From a virus (Duplodnaviria > Caudoviricetes), in the IMG/VR virus record IMGVR_UViG_2895221163_000002, positions 1 through 64,000 of that record: a stretch of 64,000 nucleotides of DNA; one strand, 5' to 3'. The position numbers and the translations under genes are program-made. How positions within the stretch are numbered: the stretch's first letter is position 1; every line of letters begins with the position of its first letter. Below are positions 47,493 through 55,908 of this stretch, piece by piece. Under the pieces are notes generated by a model that was not told the origin of the DNA, did no database searches, and saw only the letters and a list, made by a program, of their open reading frames with translations.

Positions 47493-47523
47493 TTGACCTG
47501 AAAGTTTCATCAGAATAAATTTT
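47493..47523 (+). promoter_or_regulatory. Cro promoter/operator (OR-like)
   Basis: TTGACC followed by AAGTTTCATCAGAATAAATT, matching the repeats at 47031 and 47065. Confidence 0.68.
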
Positions 47524-47527
47524 CTGC

Positions 47528-47767
47528 ATGTCGTTGAAAGCTATCCTCATCGAGCGCGGGATCACCCAGACTCAACTGGCTGCACAAGTGCAAATGAGCG
47601 AGCCGACCGTATCTCGGTGGGTGAAAGGGGCTTCGTGCATCCCTACGCACAAGCTGAGAGAAGTCGCGTCAGCGCTAAATGTGTCACTGGACGCTCTCGT
47701 GCCGCTTCGTTCGGCAAGATCCAATAACGCCTCACAGCACGGTTCGATTAGTGAGACAGCAGTATGA
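47528..47767 (+). CDS. Cro-like repressor
   Basis: GITQTQLA..MSEPTVSRWV.G; recognition helix resembles that of CI. Confidence 0.85.
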   Translation: MSLKAILIERGITQTQLAAQVQMSEPTVSRWVKGASCIPTHKLREVASALNVSLDALVPLRSARSNNASQHGSISETAV

Positions 47768-47854
47768 GCATCCTTCATAAACCCGAAGGTAAGCAACGCT
47801 CATGCTGCCGTCAGCAAGATGATGTCTTGCAGCCTTGCCCGTTCTTAACGGGGC

Positions 47855-48106
47855 TTAGTGGATCTCGCCTTGCGGCTTCTGAAGAAGAATTTCCGCAGCA
47901 TCGAGCAGATCACGCCCCAGTTCGGCGGCCGTCTGCGGAGACAGTGAGAACTGTTCGAGCTTATCGCCTTCCGGGAAGTGCTCTGGCGCGGTTGCGGCCT
48001 TCACCTGCAGCACGACAGCGCCGTCCTGAATCACCACCGTGCGGAAGCCTGTCAGGCTCGAAATATCGAGATTGCCGTCTTCCTTCAGTTTCCATTCATC
48101 AGCCAT
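47855..48106 (-). CDS. Small antisense protein (BssS-like pattern)
   Basis: LTGF...AVVLQ...QFSLSPQTAAELG..L; GGAG RBS. Confidence 0.5.
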   Translation of the reverse strand: MADEWKLKEDGNLDISSLTGFRTVVIQDGAVVLQVKAATAPEHFPEGDKLEQFSLSPQTAAELGRDLLDAAEILLQKPQGEIH

Positions 48107-48170
48107 GTGCCGTCACTCCGTTCGCTTTAGATGCGCGCAAGATGGCTGATCGTCGTGCGTGGGTGAAGCC

Positions 48171-48620
48171 ATGAATCACGTCCCTGCCCTCAAGACGGCC
48201 ACGCAAATGGCTGTTCGGGCGATTGGCGGCATTGATGCCGCGGCAGCCGTTACCCGCGTCGGTCGGGCTCGGATTTCGGAATATCAAAACCGAAACTCCA
48301 CAACGACAGCCCCGGTAGATATCGCCATTGTGCTGGACGAGTTCGCCCAGGAGCCTTTCATTCTCCAGACCATGGCGCATGAGCTTGGCTACAACCTGAC
48401 GCCGATCCAGTTGGGTCATGGCGATGTGGCCGAGATCATGGAAGACGTGGCGGACAAGGCCAACGACACCATGAAGATGACGATCCGCGTTCTGGCGGAT
48501 GGCATTGTGACGGTCGAGGAAGCCCACAGCCTTGGCCATGAGCTGACCAAGCTACGCCGCGTTGTGGATCATGCCCTCAAGATCGTGCGCGGGATAGAAA
48601 AGACAGGAGCCTCGGCATGA
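48171..48620 (+). CDS. CII-like phage regulatory protein
   Basis: LK.AT...GG..AAA, P.D....D, LADG.VT..E. Confidence 0.7.
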   Translation: MNHVPALKTATQMAVRAIGGIDAAAAVTRVGRARISEYQNRNSTTTAPVDIAIVLDEFAQEPFILQTMAHELGYNLTPIQLGHGDVAEIMEDVADKANDTMKMTIRVLADGIVTVEEAHSLGHELTKLRRVVDHALKIVRGIEKTGASA

Positions 48621-49819
48621 TGCTCCAGATCCCCACCACCTTCGATCGGGACGACGTTCCGTCTATGGCCTTTCTAAAGGTTCTGCCGGCCGAGCTGCGT
48701 GGCGTTTTCCATTCCCTGATGGACGCTCTGAAATCTGCCCGCGACGTGGTGTTCCGTGTCGGCGGCCGTGCGCTCGATGACGTCCAAGTGGCGCAGATGG
48801 CGTGTGAAAACGTCGAGGTGTTGCGCCGCGTCCTGCCGGAACTCGAGTTCACGCGGTTTATCCTTCGTGATGAAGACGGCGCGCTCTACAGCCCTCACCT
48901 CGTGGAACGGCAGATCCGCCGTGAGGAACGCGCTCAGGCTCGTGCTGAGCGGCAGCGTCGTCTGGAAGAGTTTCAGGCCCGTCAGGAGGCCGGAGAGTTC
49001 GCACCAGAAGCCGGCGTGAAGGCTATGACCTCTCGGGCGAATGCCTCCAAGGGCGGCCGCCCGCGCAAGGGGGAGAAAGCAGAAGACGCTTATGTGCGTC
49101 GGCAGCGCGAAGCCGTCGAGCAGCGTGAAATGCGCTTGCTGTCGTCTATCGACGGTGGGGCGATTTCGGAAACCGAAAACCAAAACCAGTTTTCAAAAGC
49201 GGTTTTGGTTTCCGGGGTTTCGGTTTCAAAACCGGTTTCTGGGTTTTCCGTAGATCTAGAATTAGAGAAAGATATATCCCCTTCTGATTCTAATTCTACG
49301 AAACCGGCAGAAACCGAAACCGACAAACCGGCCTTGGAGATTTCGGAAGCCCTGATCTCCCAGACCGTCGCCCGCGTCCTCAAGGTTGGACGTCTGCCAG
49401 ACGGTCAGGCCGGGTTCGCCAAGAGCATCTGCGGTCGTTTCCTTCGGGACGGCGTTCCAGCCGATGTGTTGGTCGAGGCTGTGAAGCAGCATGCCGAGAA
49501 AATGGCTCTGAACGGCGACACAGCCTACAAAATGGGCGCTTTCCGCAAGCCGATCGAGCGGTTCTGGGCAGATCATCAAGCCGGCGTCTCAACCGCACCG
49601 GCTCCAGAGCCAGTGGCTCGGGAAGACTGGGAAGAACGCGCGCTGGGAGTCTATGCCAAGGCACAAGAGGTCTGGAGCGAAGCCTTCCGCCTGAAGCGAG
49701 ATTTCTCGGCTGTTAAGCGGGACTGGCCGGAGCTGGCGCAAGCCCATGACCTACCCACCTGCCCCGTCGAGCGCGCTGCGTATCTGGACTGGTATCGCCC
49801 GCAGGCTCAGGCCGCATGA
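48617..49819 (+). CDS. Putative replication initiator with internal origin
   Basis: DEDGALYS..LV, SRANASKGGRP, iteron-encoded ETE/VS repeats. Confidence 0.72.
   Translation: MMLQIPTTFDRDDVPSMAFLKVLPAELRGVFHSLMDALKSARDVVFRVGGRALDDVQVAQMACENVEVLRRVLPELEFTRFILRDEDGALYSPHLVERQIRREERAQARAERQRRLEEFQARQEAGEFAPEAGVKAMTSRANASKGGRPRKGEKAEDAYVRRQREAVEQREMRLLSSIDGGAISETENQNQFSKAVLVSGVSVSKPVSGFSVDLELEKDISPSDSNSTKPAETETDKPALEISEALISQTVARVLKVGRLPDGQAGFAKSICGRFLRDGVPADVLVEAVKQHAEKMALNGDTAYKMGAFRKPIERFWADHQAGVSTAPAPEPVAREDWEERALGVYAKAQEVWSEAFRLKRDFSAVKRDWPELAQAHDLPTCPVERAAYLDWYRPQAQAA
49169..49330. repeat. AAACC/GGTTT iteron cluster (putative origin)
   Basis: More than ten direct and inverted copies around an AT-rich spacer inside the replication gene. 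Confidence 0.65.
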
Positions 49820-50028
49820 AGGCGCTGCGCAGAGCCCTCGCCTCTTTCACCCATTCTGAATTCCTCACGGTTCGCTCCGAACGTGACCAGGCGCAGCATG
49901 CTGCTCTGGCACTGGAGCGGACTGTTGCGGATCAAGCCCTGGAGATTGTCACGCTCCAGGCCCGTCTGGCTCGGCTCACCTCGAACCGGGATGCCGACGG
50001 CCGATTTATGAAGCGCAACCCCACATGA
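49816..50028 (+). CDS. Small coiled-coil phage protein
   Basis: Ends with RDADGRF; coupled ORF. Confidence 0.6.
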   Translation: MKALRRALASFTHSEFLTVRSERDQAQHAALALERTVADQALEIVTLQARLARLTSNRDADGRFMKRNPT

Positions 50029-50035
50029 ACGTGGA

Positions 50036-50542
50036 ATGCAAATGACTACTGCCGCTGAGGCAACTCGACCAATTGAAGAAGCCGTCCCCATGCAGGGGGC
50101 TTGGAAAAACCGCATCGCTCTGGCTGAACTGGACCAGGGAAAAGACAGGCCACCAATCGAAGTCCTACGCCGTGGAGCTGGCCTCTACGGCTTGCTACGT
50201 TCCGGCACGATCACCCAACGTCACGTCGACGCCGCCCAACGTTGGGCATGTGATTTCGAGACGGGAATTATGGGTGCTTCCAATCCCGAGATTCGGTCAA
50301 CGGGGCAAGGAAGTCTGGAGGACTCTCTTCTAGCGAGGTCTTTTGCCGTCGCCCGATGTGAAGGCGTCCGGAGGACACTAGGCCGATATGCTGGCGACCT
50401 TCTCGTGCTGTTAGTTTTGGACGGTCTTTCGGTAGCAAGGATCTCTGAAATGTACGGTAAAAACCGTCAAGGGATGACTGGCGCAATCGAACTGCTTCTT
50501 GAGCAACTGACCGATTATTATGAAGGAAGCCAAATCCATTAA
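50036..50542 (+). CDS. Putative late transcription regulator
   Basis: G.IT.R...AA.RW..D; C-terminal HTH; last gene of the early operon. Confidence 0.62.
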   Translation: MQMTTAAEATRPIEEAVPMQGAWKNRIALAELDQGKDRPPIEVLRRGAGLYGLLRSGTITQRHVDAAQRWACDFETGIMGASNPEIRSTGQGSLEDSLLARSFAVARCEGVRRTLGRYAGDLLVLLVLDGLSVARISEMYGKNRQGMTGAIELLLEQLTDYYEGSQIH

Positions 50543-50594
50543 AAACCTGTTGACCTGAAACAGATTTGGACAGTAATAGTATATGATTATCGAT

Positions 50595-50629
50595 GGGCGT
50601 GTGGCTGGAATAAGCCTGCGCCCTTTTTT
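50595..50629 (+). terminator. Intrinsic terminator-like hairpin
   Basis: GGGCGTG..GGCT..AGCCTGCGCCC followed by TTTTTT. Confidence 0.55.
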
Positions 50630-50783
50630 GTTGATGTTCTGCCTTCTTTTAATGGGCAATATCGTAGCTCTCTCAAACAAAGCATGGCTATGGCGCTTAC
50701 TCCCTAAATTTAGGTAAAATCACAAATTCATTGACGTAACGGGATATTTCAGAATTATTGTAAAATAATAATTACTGTCCGAG

Positions 50784-51941
50784 ATGGCAATGTACTCAAC
50801 CCTTATTACGTCCAGCAAATCGCTCTTACATGTATCCGAAGGCGTTCTCGGTCACGCTAGCCCGACCGAAGTCGTAGACCCTGTTTATGCTTGGCGCGCG
50901 GAAGCTAACAGTGATGTAATCTACCTAATGGCTGCATCTGGAGAGCCATTCTGGATCATGGGTGATTTCGGGCAGAGGGCGATATTTTCGTTTAAAATTC
51001 GTCGCCAAGTTGGTGGTGGAATAGCAATCGAACATCCCAGCAACGCAAAAATATTCAGGGCTTCGGATGATGGACGGATCTACATTGATGGAGAAAATGG
51101 CGGATTAGATAAAATATTTTTTGAAGAATCCATTAATATTTCTCCGAATGAGATACGTATAAAATACCAGAAAATACTTTCAAATACCCTCGAAAATAAT
51201 CTTATTTCTCTATCGAAAATGTCACCATTCGTCGAGATGGCTGATATGGCCTATGCGATAACACGGCTTGAGAGTTTTTCATCCTATTCACATGTTATCG
51301 ATCAAATCAAAGAGCTCCCAAGTTACGAGTTTATCTTCCCGTCGATTCAATTATTGATGAAATCTGAGTTTGCAGGCAGCGGACGAAATTTTCATGCTCA
51401 TTACGCGTGGGGCGGCGGTGATTTCGTCGATGTAGGAAAATATTCCTACGGTTTTCCACGTATCCTTCCATACCCGCCAGCACGGCTGAAGGTTAGTGCG
51501 TTTTGCTCGATTGCTGAAGACGTCACAGTTGTGCTCGGAAACCATCTAACCAAAGCCGCAACCACGTTTCCGTTTCAGGACGAGGCTTTTCGGTGGCCTT
51601 CGCGGCACGCAGACATCGGAAAATTTGAAGATAGTATCTCCTCGGGGGTGGTGATCGGCAATGATGTTTGGATTGGTCGTGGGGTTACCATTCTTCCTGG
51701 TGCAGTTATAGGAGACGGCTGCATCGTTGGCGCTGAATCTGTGGTTCGAGGAAAAGTCGAGCCTTACTCAATATATCTGGGTAATCCGGGGTATGTTTTG
51801 AAACCACGATTTGATGCCCAAACCACCTCTCGCCTGTTGGCGCTCAAATGGTGGGAGTGGCCAGAATGGAAAATTGACCGATACTGCGGAATGATGATGA
51901 CCGATTTGCAAGGTTTTTTGGATAAAGCCGAAAAGATCTGA
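50784..51941 (+). CDS. CatB/Vat-type hexapeptide O-acetyltransferase with ~200-aa N-terminal extension
   Basis: VGKYSYG, FCSIA, IGNDVWIG, IGDGCIVGA, GNP, WWEW; AT-rich. Confidence 0.85.
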   Translation: MAMYSTLITSSKSLLHVSEGVLGHASPTEVVDPVYAWRAEANSDVIYLMAASGEPFWIMGDFGQRAIFSFKIRRQVGGGIAIEHPSNAKIFRASDDGRIYIDGENGGLDKIFFEESINISPNEIRIKYQKILSNTLENNLISLSKMSPFVEMADMAYAITRLESFSSYSHVIDQIKELPSYEFIFPSIQLLMKSEFAGSGRNFHAHYAWGGGDFVDVGKYSYGFPRILPYPPARLKVSAFCSIAEDVTVVLGNHLTKAATTFPFQDEAFRWPSRHADIGKFEDSISSGVVIGNDVWIGRGVTILPGAVIGDGCIVGAESVVRGKVEPYSIYLGNPGYVLKPRFDAQTTSRLLALKWWEWPEWKIDRYCGMMMTDLQGFLDKAEKI

Positions 51942-52006
51942 CGTTTGTCTGAATGAGGGTCTCCATACCCTTTAGAAATGACAATTAGAGTGCTTTAGCC
52001 CGACAC

Positions 52007-52104
52007 GATAACTCGGAGTTATCTGACAAGCCCGAAAGGACAGACTGTCAGATAACCCACCGAAAGGGTTCGGAACCCGTCAGATAATTACAGTTATCTG
52101 ACGG
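52007..52104. other. Putative recombination (res) site: repeats of TCAGATAA including a perfect 11-6-11 palindrome
   Basis: CCGTCAGATAA-TTACAG-TTATCTGACGG at 52077-52104; further arms at 52007, 52019 and 52046. Confidence 0.7.
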
Positions 52105-52145
52105 TTTTTCAGGGTCTCCGCAGGATCGGAAACCTTTATAATTCA

Positions 52146-53021
52146 ATGACTTGTCGGAGACCTGGGCCAATGGCACCAGCAGCGGTCGCGAAAACGCCCC
52201 GTATCTCTGATGACGATCGCCTCGTGAATATGTGGCTTCATAATCGCTCAGTGAACACCGCCCGCGCCTATCGTGCGGACGTGGACGCCTTCCGCCAGTG
52301 GGCTGGCAAGCCTCTGGCAGATGTCGTGCTGGACGACCTGCAAGGCTGGTTTGATAGCCTCACGGGATCGGATGCCACACGCCGCAGAAAGCTGGCCTCC
52401 GTCAAATCGGCTCTGGCCTTCGGGGTCCGCGTTGGTTTTCTGGATGTGGACGTTGGCGCAGCGCTGCGCCTCGAGCGCGGGCGAGATCGTCTCAGTGAGC
52501 GCATTCTCACGGAAGAGGATGTGCGGCGCATTATCGACCAGGAGCCGTGCCCACGAAAGCGGGTCGCGCTCCGGGTTCTGTACTTCATGGGGCTGCGCAT
52601 TTCTGAAATGTGCGCCCTCACTTGGCGAGATATGACACGGCGTCAGCAGGGAGGCGTGGCCTCCGTGTTCGGCAAGGGAAACAAGACACGTCATGTGCTT
52701 GTGCCCGCAAAGCTGTGGAAAGAGATCGTGGCTGTGAGAGCTGACGACTGGCGTCCTGAAACGCCTGTTGTCCCCGGCCACGATGGGAGCCCGCTTCACT
52801 TGAGAGCTGCACATCGCCTCGTGAAGCGGGCGGCGAAGCGTGCCGGATTGCCAGATGCCTCGGCGCACTGGTTCCGGCACGCCCACGCCTCACACGCCCT
52901 GGACAATGGCGCGCCCGCGCATGTCGTCCAGCAGACTTTGGGACATTCCGACCTGAAGACCACGACACGATACGCCCACGTCCGCGAAGGCGACGGTGGC
53001 GGCAATTACCTGAAAGACTGA
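52146..53021 (+). CDS. XerC/ResD-like tyrosine recombinase (resolvase)
   Basis: GLRISE, GKGNK.R, SAHWFRH..ASHALD, LGH...TT.RY. Confidence 0.92.
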   Translation: MTCRRPGPMAPAAVAKTPRISDDDRLVNMWLHNRSVNTARAYRADVDAFRQWAGKPLADVVLDDLQGWFDSLTGSDATRRRKLASVKSALAFGVRVGFLDVDVGAALRLERGRDRLSERILTEEDVRRIIDQEPCPRKRVALRVLYFMGLRISEMCALTWRDMTRRQQGGVASVFGKGNKTRHVLVPAKLWKEIVAVRADDWRPETPVVPGHDGSPLHLRAAHRLVKRAAKRAGLPDASAHWFRHAHASHALDNGAPAHVVQQTLGHSDLKTTTRYAHVREGDGGGNYLKD

Positions 53022-53063
53022 CGCCTCACGAAAAGGCGGCGTCGGCCATTAGTGGAGAGCGAA

Positions 53064-53261
53064 ATGAGCACTCGATACCGACGCCGACCTGAAACGCCTG
53101 AGCAGATCCGGGCCGAGCACATCGATTTCTGGACCCGGACTGCCGAGCGTTACGAACGCACGGCGCAACATGCGCGGATGCCGGGAATGAAGATCTGGGC
53201 CGCAGCTGAAGCACGCCGCGCCCGCGCAATCGAAGCCGATCGCAAGCGAGAACAGGCATGA
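53064..53261 (+). CDS. Small hypothetical protein
   Basis: GGAG RBS; coupled to the next gene. Confidence 0.55.
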   Translation: MSTRYRRRPETPEQIRAEHIDFWTRTAERYERTAQHARMPGMKIWAAAEARRARAIEADRKREQA

Positions 53262-53869
53262 GCCACAATCCCGACGATTACATGAAGGATTCCGCTGGCC
53301 GTCTGGTGCCACGGGCGAACGTGAAGCCGGAAGACCTGTTGCAGGACGAGCTGGTGCGCAAGCTGTTCGAGCGTGCGCGCTCCATTCGTGAGATCATGCG
53401 CCAGTTTCGTGAGGATGCAGACAGCGACATTCGCGCTTTTCTGGATCTTCTGGCGGAACAGTACGGAGCCAAGAAAGGTGGTGCCAAGGGCAATCTGACG
53501 CTGGCGACCTACGACGGCTGCGAGCGCGTGACTATCGCCATCAGCGACACCATCACCTTCGGCCCGGAACTTCAGATCGCCAAGGAACTGGTGGACAGCT
53601 GCCTGACGCGCTGGACGGAAGGCGGCAACGCCAACATCCGCGCCGTCGTCACCGATGCCTTTGACGTCGGCAAGGAAGGCAAGCTGAACGTGTCCAAGAT
53701 CCTCGGACTGCGCCGTCTTTCGATCGACGATGATGAATGGAAACGCGCCATGCAGGCCATCACCGACGCGGTGAAGGTGAACGCATCGCGCAGCTACATC
53801 CGGTTTCACGAACGCGCATCACCGGACAGCGCGTTCGTTCAGGTACCCTTGGATATTGCCAAAGCATAA
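53258..53869 (+). CDS. DUF3164-like protein (typical of Mu-like phages)
   Basis: YMKD..GRLVP, GG.KGN.TL..YDG, AK.LVD.CL..W, W.RAM.AI. Confidence 0.85.
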   Translation: MSHNPDDYMKDSAGRLVPRANVKPEDLLQDELVRKLFERARSIREIMRQFREDADSDIRAFLDLLAEQYGAKKGGAKGNLTLATYDGCERVTIAISDTITFGPELQIAKELVDSCLTRWTEGGNANIRAVVTDAFDVGKEGKLNVSKILGLRRLSIDDDEWKRAMQAITDAVKVNASRSYIRFHERASPDSAFVQVPLDIAKA

Positions 53870-53928
53870 AAAAGGCCGGAACAATGTCCGACCTTTCGCA
53901 GTTAACGGCGCTTGGTCACGTTTCAGAA

Positions 53929-54234
53929 TCAACAGGCATAGTCTCTGAGCTGACATACGGACTGAGTATCGCCTTCAGGCAGCCTTACTCTGACGATGAA
54001 TGCCATACCCGATTCGTTATTCGGATCCTGCATAATAGTTTTGAAGGATGACGGAGCTGGCATGTCACATCCTTCCTCGATCATTCCTTCAATGTGAAAA
54101 GCCAAAGCCTCGTAGGCCATGACGTGTGCTTCAGCCAATGTATCACCAACTGTTATGCAGCCCGGAAAGTCTGGGAAACTGACACCGAAATCGCTATCGG
54201 GATCTTTGTGAACGAGACCAAGGTATTCAGTCAT
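53929..54234 (-). CDS. HicB-like antitoxin (orphan)
   Basis: GVSFPDFPGCITVGDT..EA...A.EAL..H. Confidence 0.85.
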   Translation of the reverse strand: MTEYLGLVHKDPDSDFGVSFPDFPGCITVGDTLAEAHVMAYEALAFHIEGMIEEGCDMPAPSSFKTIMQDPNNESGMAFIVRVRLPEGDTQSVCQLRDYAC

Positions 54235-54243
54235 TACACCGTC

Positions 54244-54501
54244 TCAATGAGACAATGAGGCTTTAAGCGCCTCGTTAATTCTTGTCTGCCAACCAGCACC
54301 TTGCCGCTTGAAAGCGTCCAGGACGTCAGCATCCAGTCGCAACGTGACCTGCTGCTTTCGATGCGGATTAGTCGGACGTCCGCGACGCACGACCGTTTCA
54401 CCGTTCCGAACGGTTGCGGCTTCAAAGAAAGCATCGGTGAGTTCCGGAGCATCGTCCGGATCAACCCATTCTGGCTTTCCACTCTTGTTCTTCGCGTTCA
54501 T
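54244..54501 (-). CDS. brnA: BrnA antitoxin
   Basis: DDAPELT..FF, RGRP, K.QVTLRLDADVL..F...GWQTRIN.AL. Confidence 0.9.
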   Translation of the reverse strand: MNAKNKSGKPEWVDPDDAPELTDAFFEAATVRNGETVVRRGRPTNPHRKQQVTLRLDADVLDAFKRQGAGWQTRINEALKASLSH

Positions 54502-54733
54502 GTGCATGCCTCATGGAGATAATGCGGCGAGCATCGCCACGTGGTGTCCAGACCATCACGACAAGGCGTTCATTCAACATCCCGGCCGTAATGAAACGCT
54601 CTTCGCCATAGTCTTTTCGTAAGTCCGGCGCGGTTGCTGTCATCCCTTCGAAAACGGCAGCAGCGTCGGCGAAGTCGAGACCGCGTTCAGACAAGGTTTT
54701 ATCGCGCTTGGCGTTATCGAACTCGACTTTCAT
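54461..54733 (-). CDS. brnT: BrnT ribonuclease toxin
   Basis: EFD.AK...L..RGLDF, DYGE.R, R...RRIISMR.A..RE. Confidence 0.9.
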   Translation of the reverse strand: MKVEFDNAKRDKTLSERGLDFADAAAVFEGMTATAPDLRKDYGEERFITAGMLNERLVVMVWTPRGDARRIISMRHAHEREEQEWKARMG

Positions 54734-54805
54734 GAACTTGATGTAGCTACGAATAATCCATAAAGCAAGGATATAATGTAGTTACAAATAATAGCGAGAA
54801 GCATC

Positions 54806-55120
54806 ATGGCACTGCTGCGTTGCATCAACAGCGGGCTGACAGTGCTGGACACCAGCATCGCCCGCGAACCCCCCAAGCGCGCGGACGCGTTCTACGTCTC
54901 GAAGGAATGGCGCGCCCTGATGGGCACCATCCTGAAGCAGCGTGGACGCGTCTGCGAGCGTTGCGGCCGCTCAGGCTGCCGGATCTTCGGTGACCACATC
55001 GTCGAACTGAAAGACGGTGGCGCGAAGCTGGACCCCAAGAACGTCCAGCTGCTCTGCGGCTCGTGCCACACGGCCAAGACGGCACGGGCAAAAGCACAGC
55101 GCGCTGCGAAAAACTGGTGA
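54806..55120 (+). CDS. HNH endonuclease (terminase-associated)
   Basis: FY...W, CERC, DHI.E..DGG, N...LC..CH..KT. Confidence 0.92.
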   Translation: MALLRCINSGLTVLDTSIAREPPKRADAFYVSKEWRALMGTILKQRGRVCERCGRSGCRIFGDHIVELKDGGAKLDPKNVQLLCGSCHTAKTARAKAQRAAKNW

Positions 55121-55186
55121 AAAACAGCGGAAAACAGCCATTTTCTCACGTTTTCGACCCAAAAGCTGACCAAAACGGTCCGGATT

Positions 55187-55260
55187 GAGGGGGGCGGGTC
55201 AAATCTTCGGCCCGACCGCGGGGGCGTAACCGCGCCAGTTCCACGCGTGAAAAATTTTCC
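55187..55260 (+). other. Putative HK97-type cos region
   Basis: G-run GGGGGGCGGGTCAAATC..ACCGCGCC..CACGCG.GAAAAATTTT between HNH and terS. Confidence 0.55.
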
Positions 55261-55308
55261 TGCAATTACGAAATGAGGTGCGCACCATCCTGCGCAGGAC
55301 GGTCCAGA

Positions 55309-55908
55309 ATGTCGAAAAAACCGCCCGCAAACTGGGAGGATATTGCCAGCGCCTACTGCGCAGAAAGCCTGTCAAACCGCCAGATTGCTAAGAAATTCGG
55401 GATTGCGGAAAGCACCCTGCGCAAGCGTATCGCGTCTGAAGGATGGGAGAAAGCAGGTGCGCAAAAGGTGCGCACTCGCACTCCAAAAGTGCGCACCGCT
55501 GCGCACTCAGAGCAGCCTGCGCAAAAACGTCCCTCCCCGATCGTCGCCGAAGCCATCCCGGACGACATCGAGGGCCGCCTGCTCTGCCTGGCAGAACGCA
55601 TGACCGACGAACTGGAGCAGATCACGGCGCACCATGGCGAGATTACGGAAGCCATCGAAATTGAGACGATGGACGACGAAAACCCGCGACGCCGTGAGGC
55701 AATGCAGAAAGCCATCAGCCATCCAGTCCGAGCCAATTCGCTCAAGACGCTTGCGCAGTCCGTCGCGCTGCTGGGCGGAAAAGCTGCGGGCAAAAAAGGT
55801 AAGAAAGAGCAGCTCAAGGATGCTGCTGACACGGCATCCTCTGGGAAATTTGCGCCCATGACTCAACCGAAACTGGTAGTGAACAATGGCAAGCGACGGG
55901 ACAGTTAA
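55309..55908 (+). CDS. Terminase small subunit
   Basis: N-terminal HTH; GKKEQ...A...GKFAP...PKL tail; upstream of terL. Confidence 0.8.
   Translation: MSKKPPANWEDIASAYCAESLSNRQIAKKFGIAESTLRKRIASEGWEKAGAQKVRTRTPKVRTAAHSEQPAQKRPSPIVAEAIPDDIEGRLLCLAERMTDELEQITAHHGEITEAIEIETMDDENPRRREAMQKAISHPVRANSLKTLAQSVALLGGKAAGKKGKKEQLKDAADTASSGKFAPMTQPKLVVNNGKRRDS

Noticed and set aside
50784-51941. Bona fide catB/vat resistance gene
   Set aside because: The fold motifs are shared by many non-resistance acetyltransferases and the long N-terminal extension is atypical
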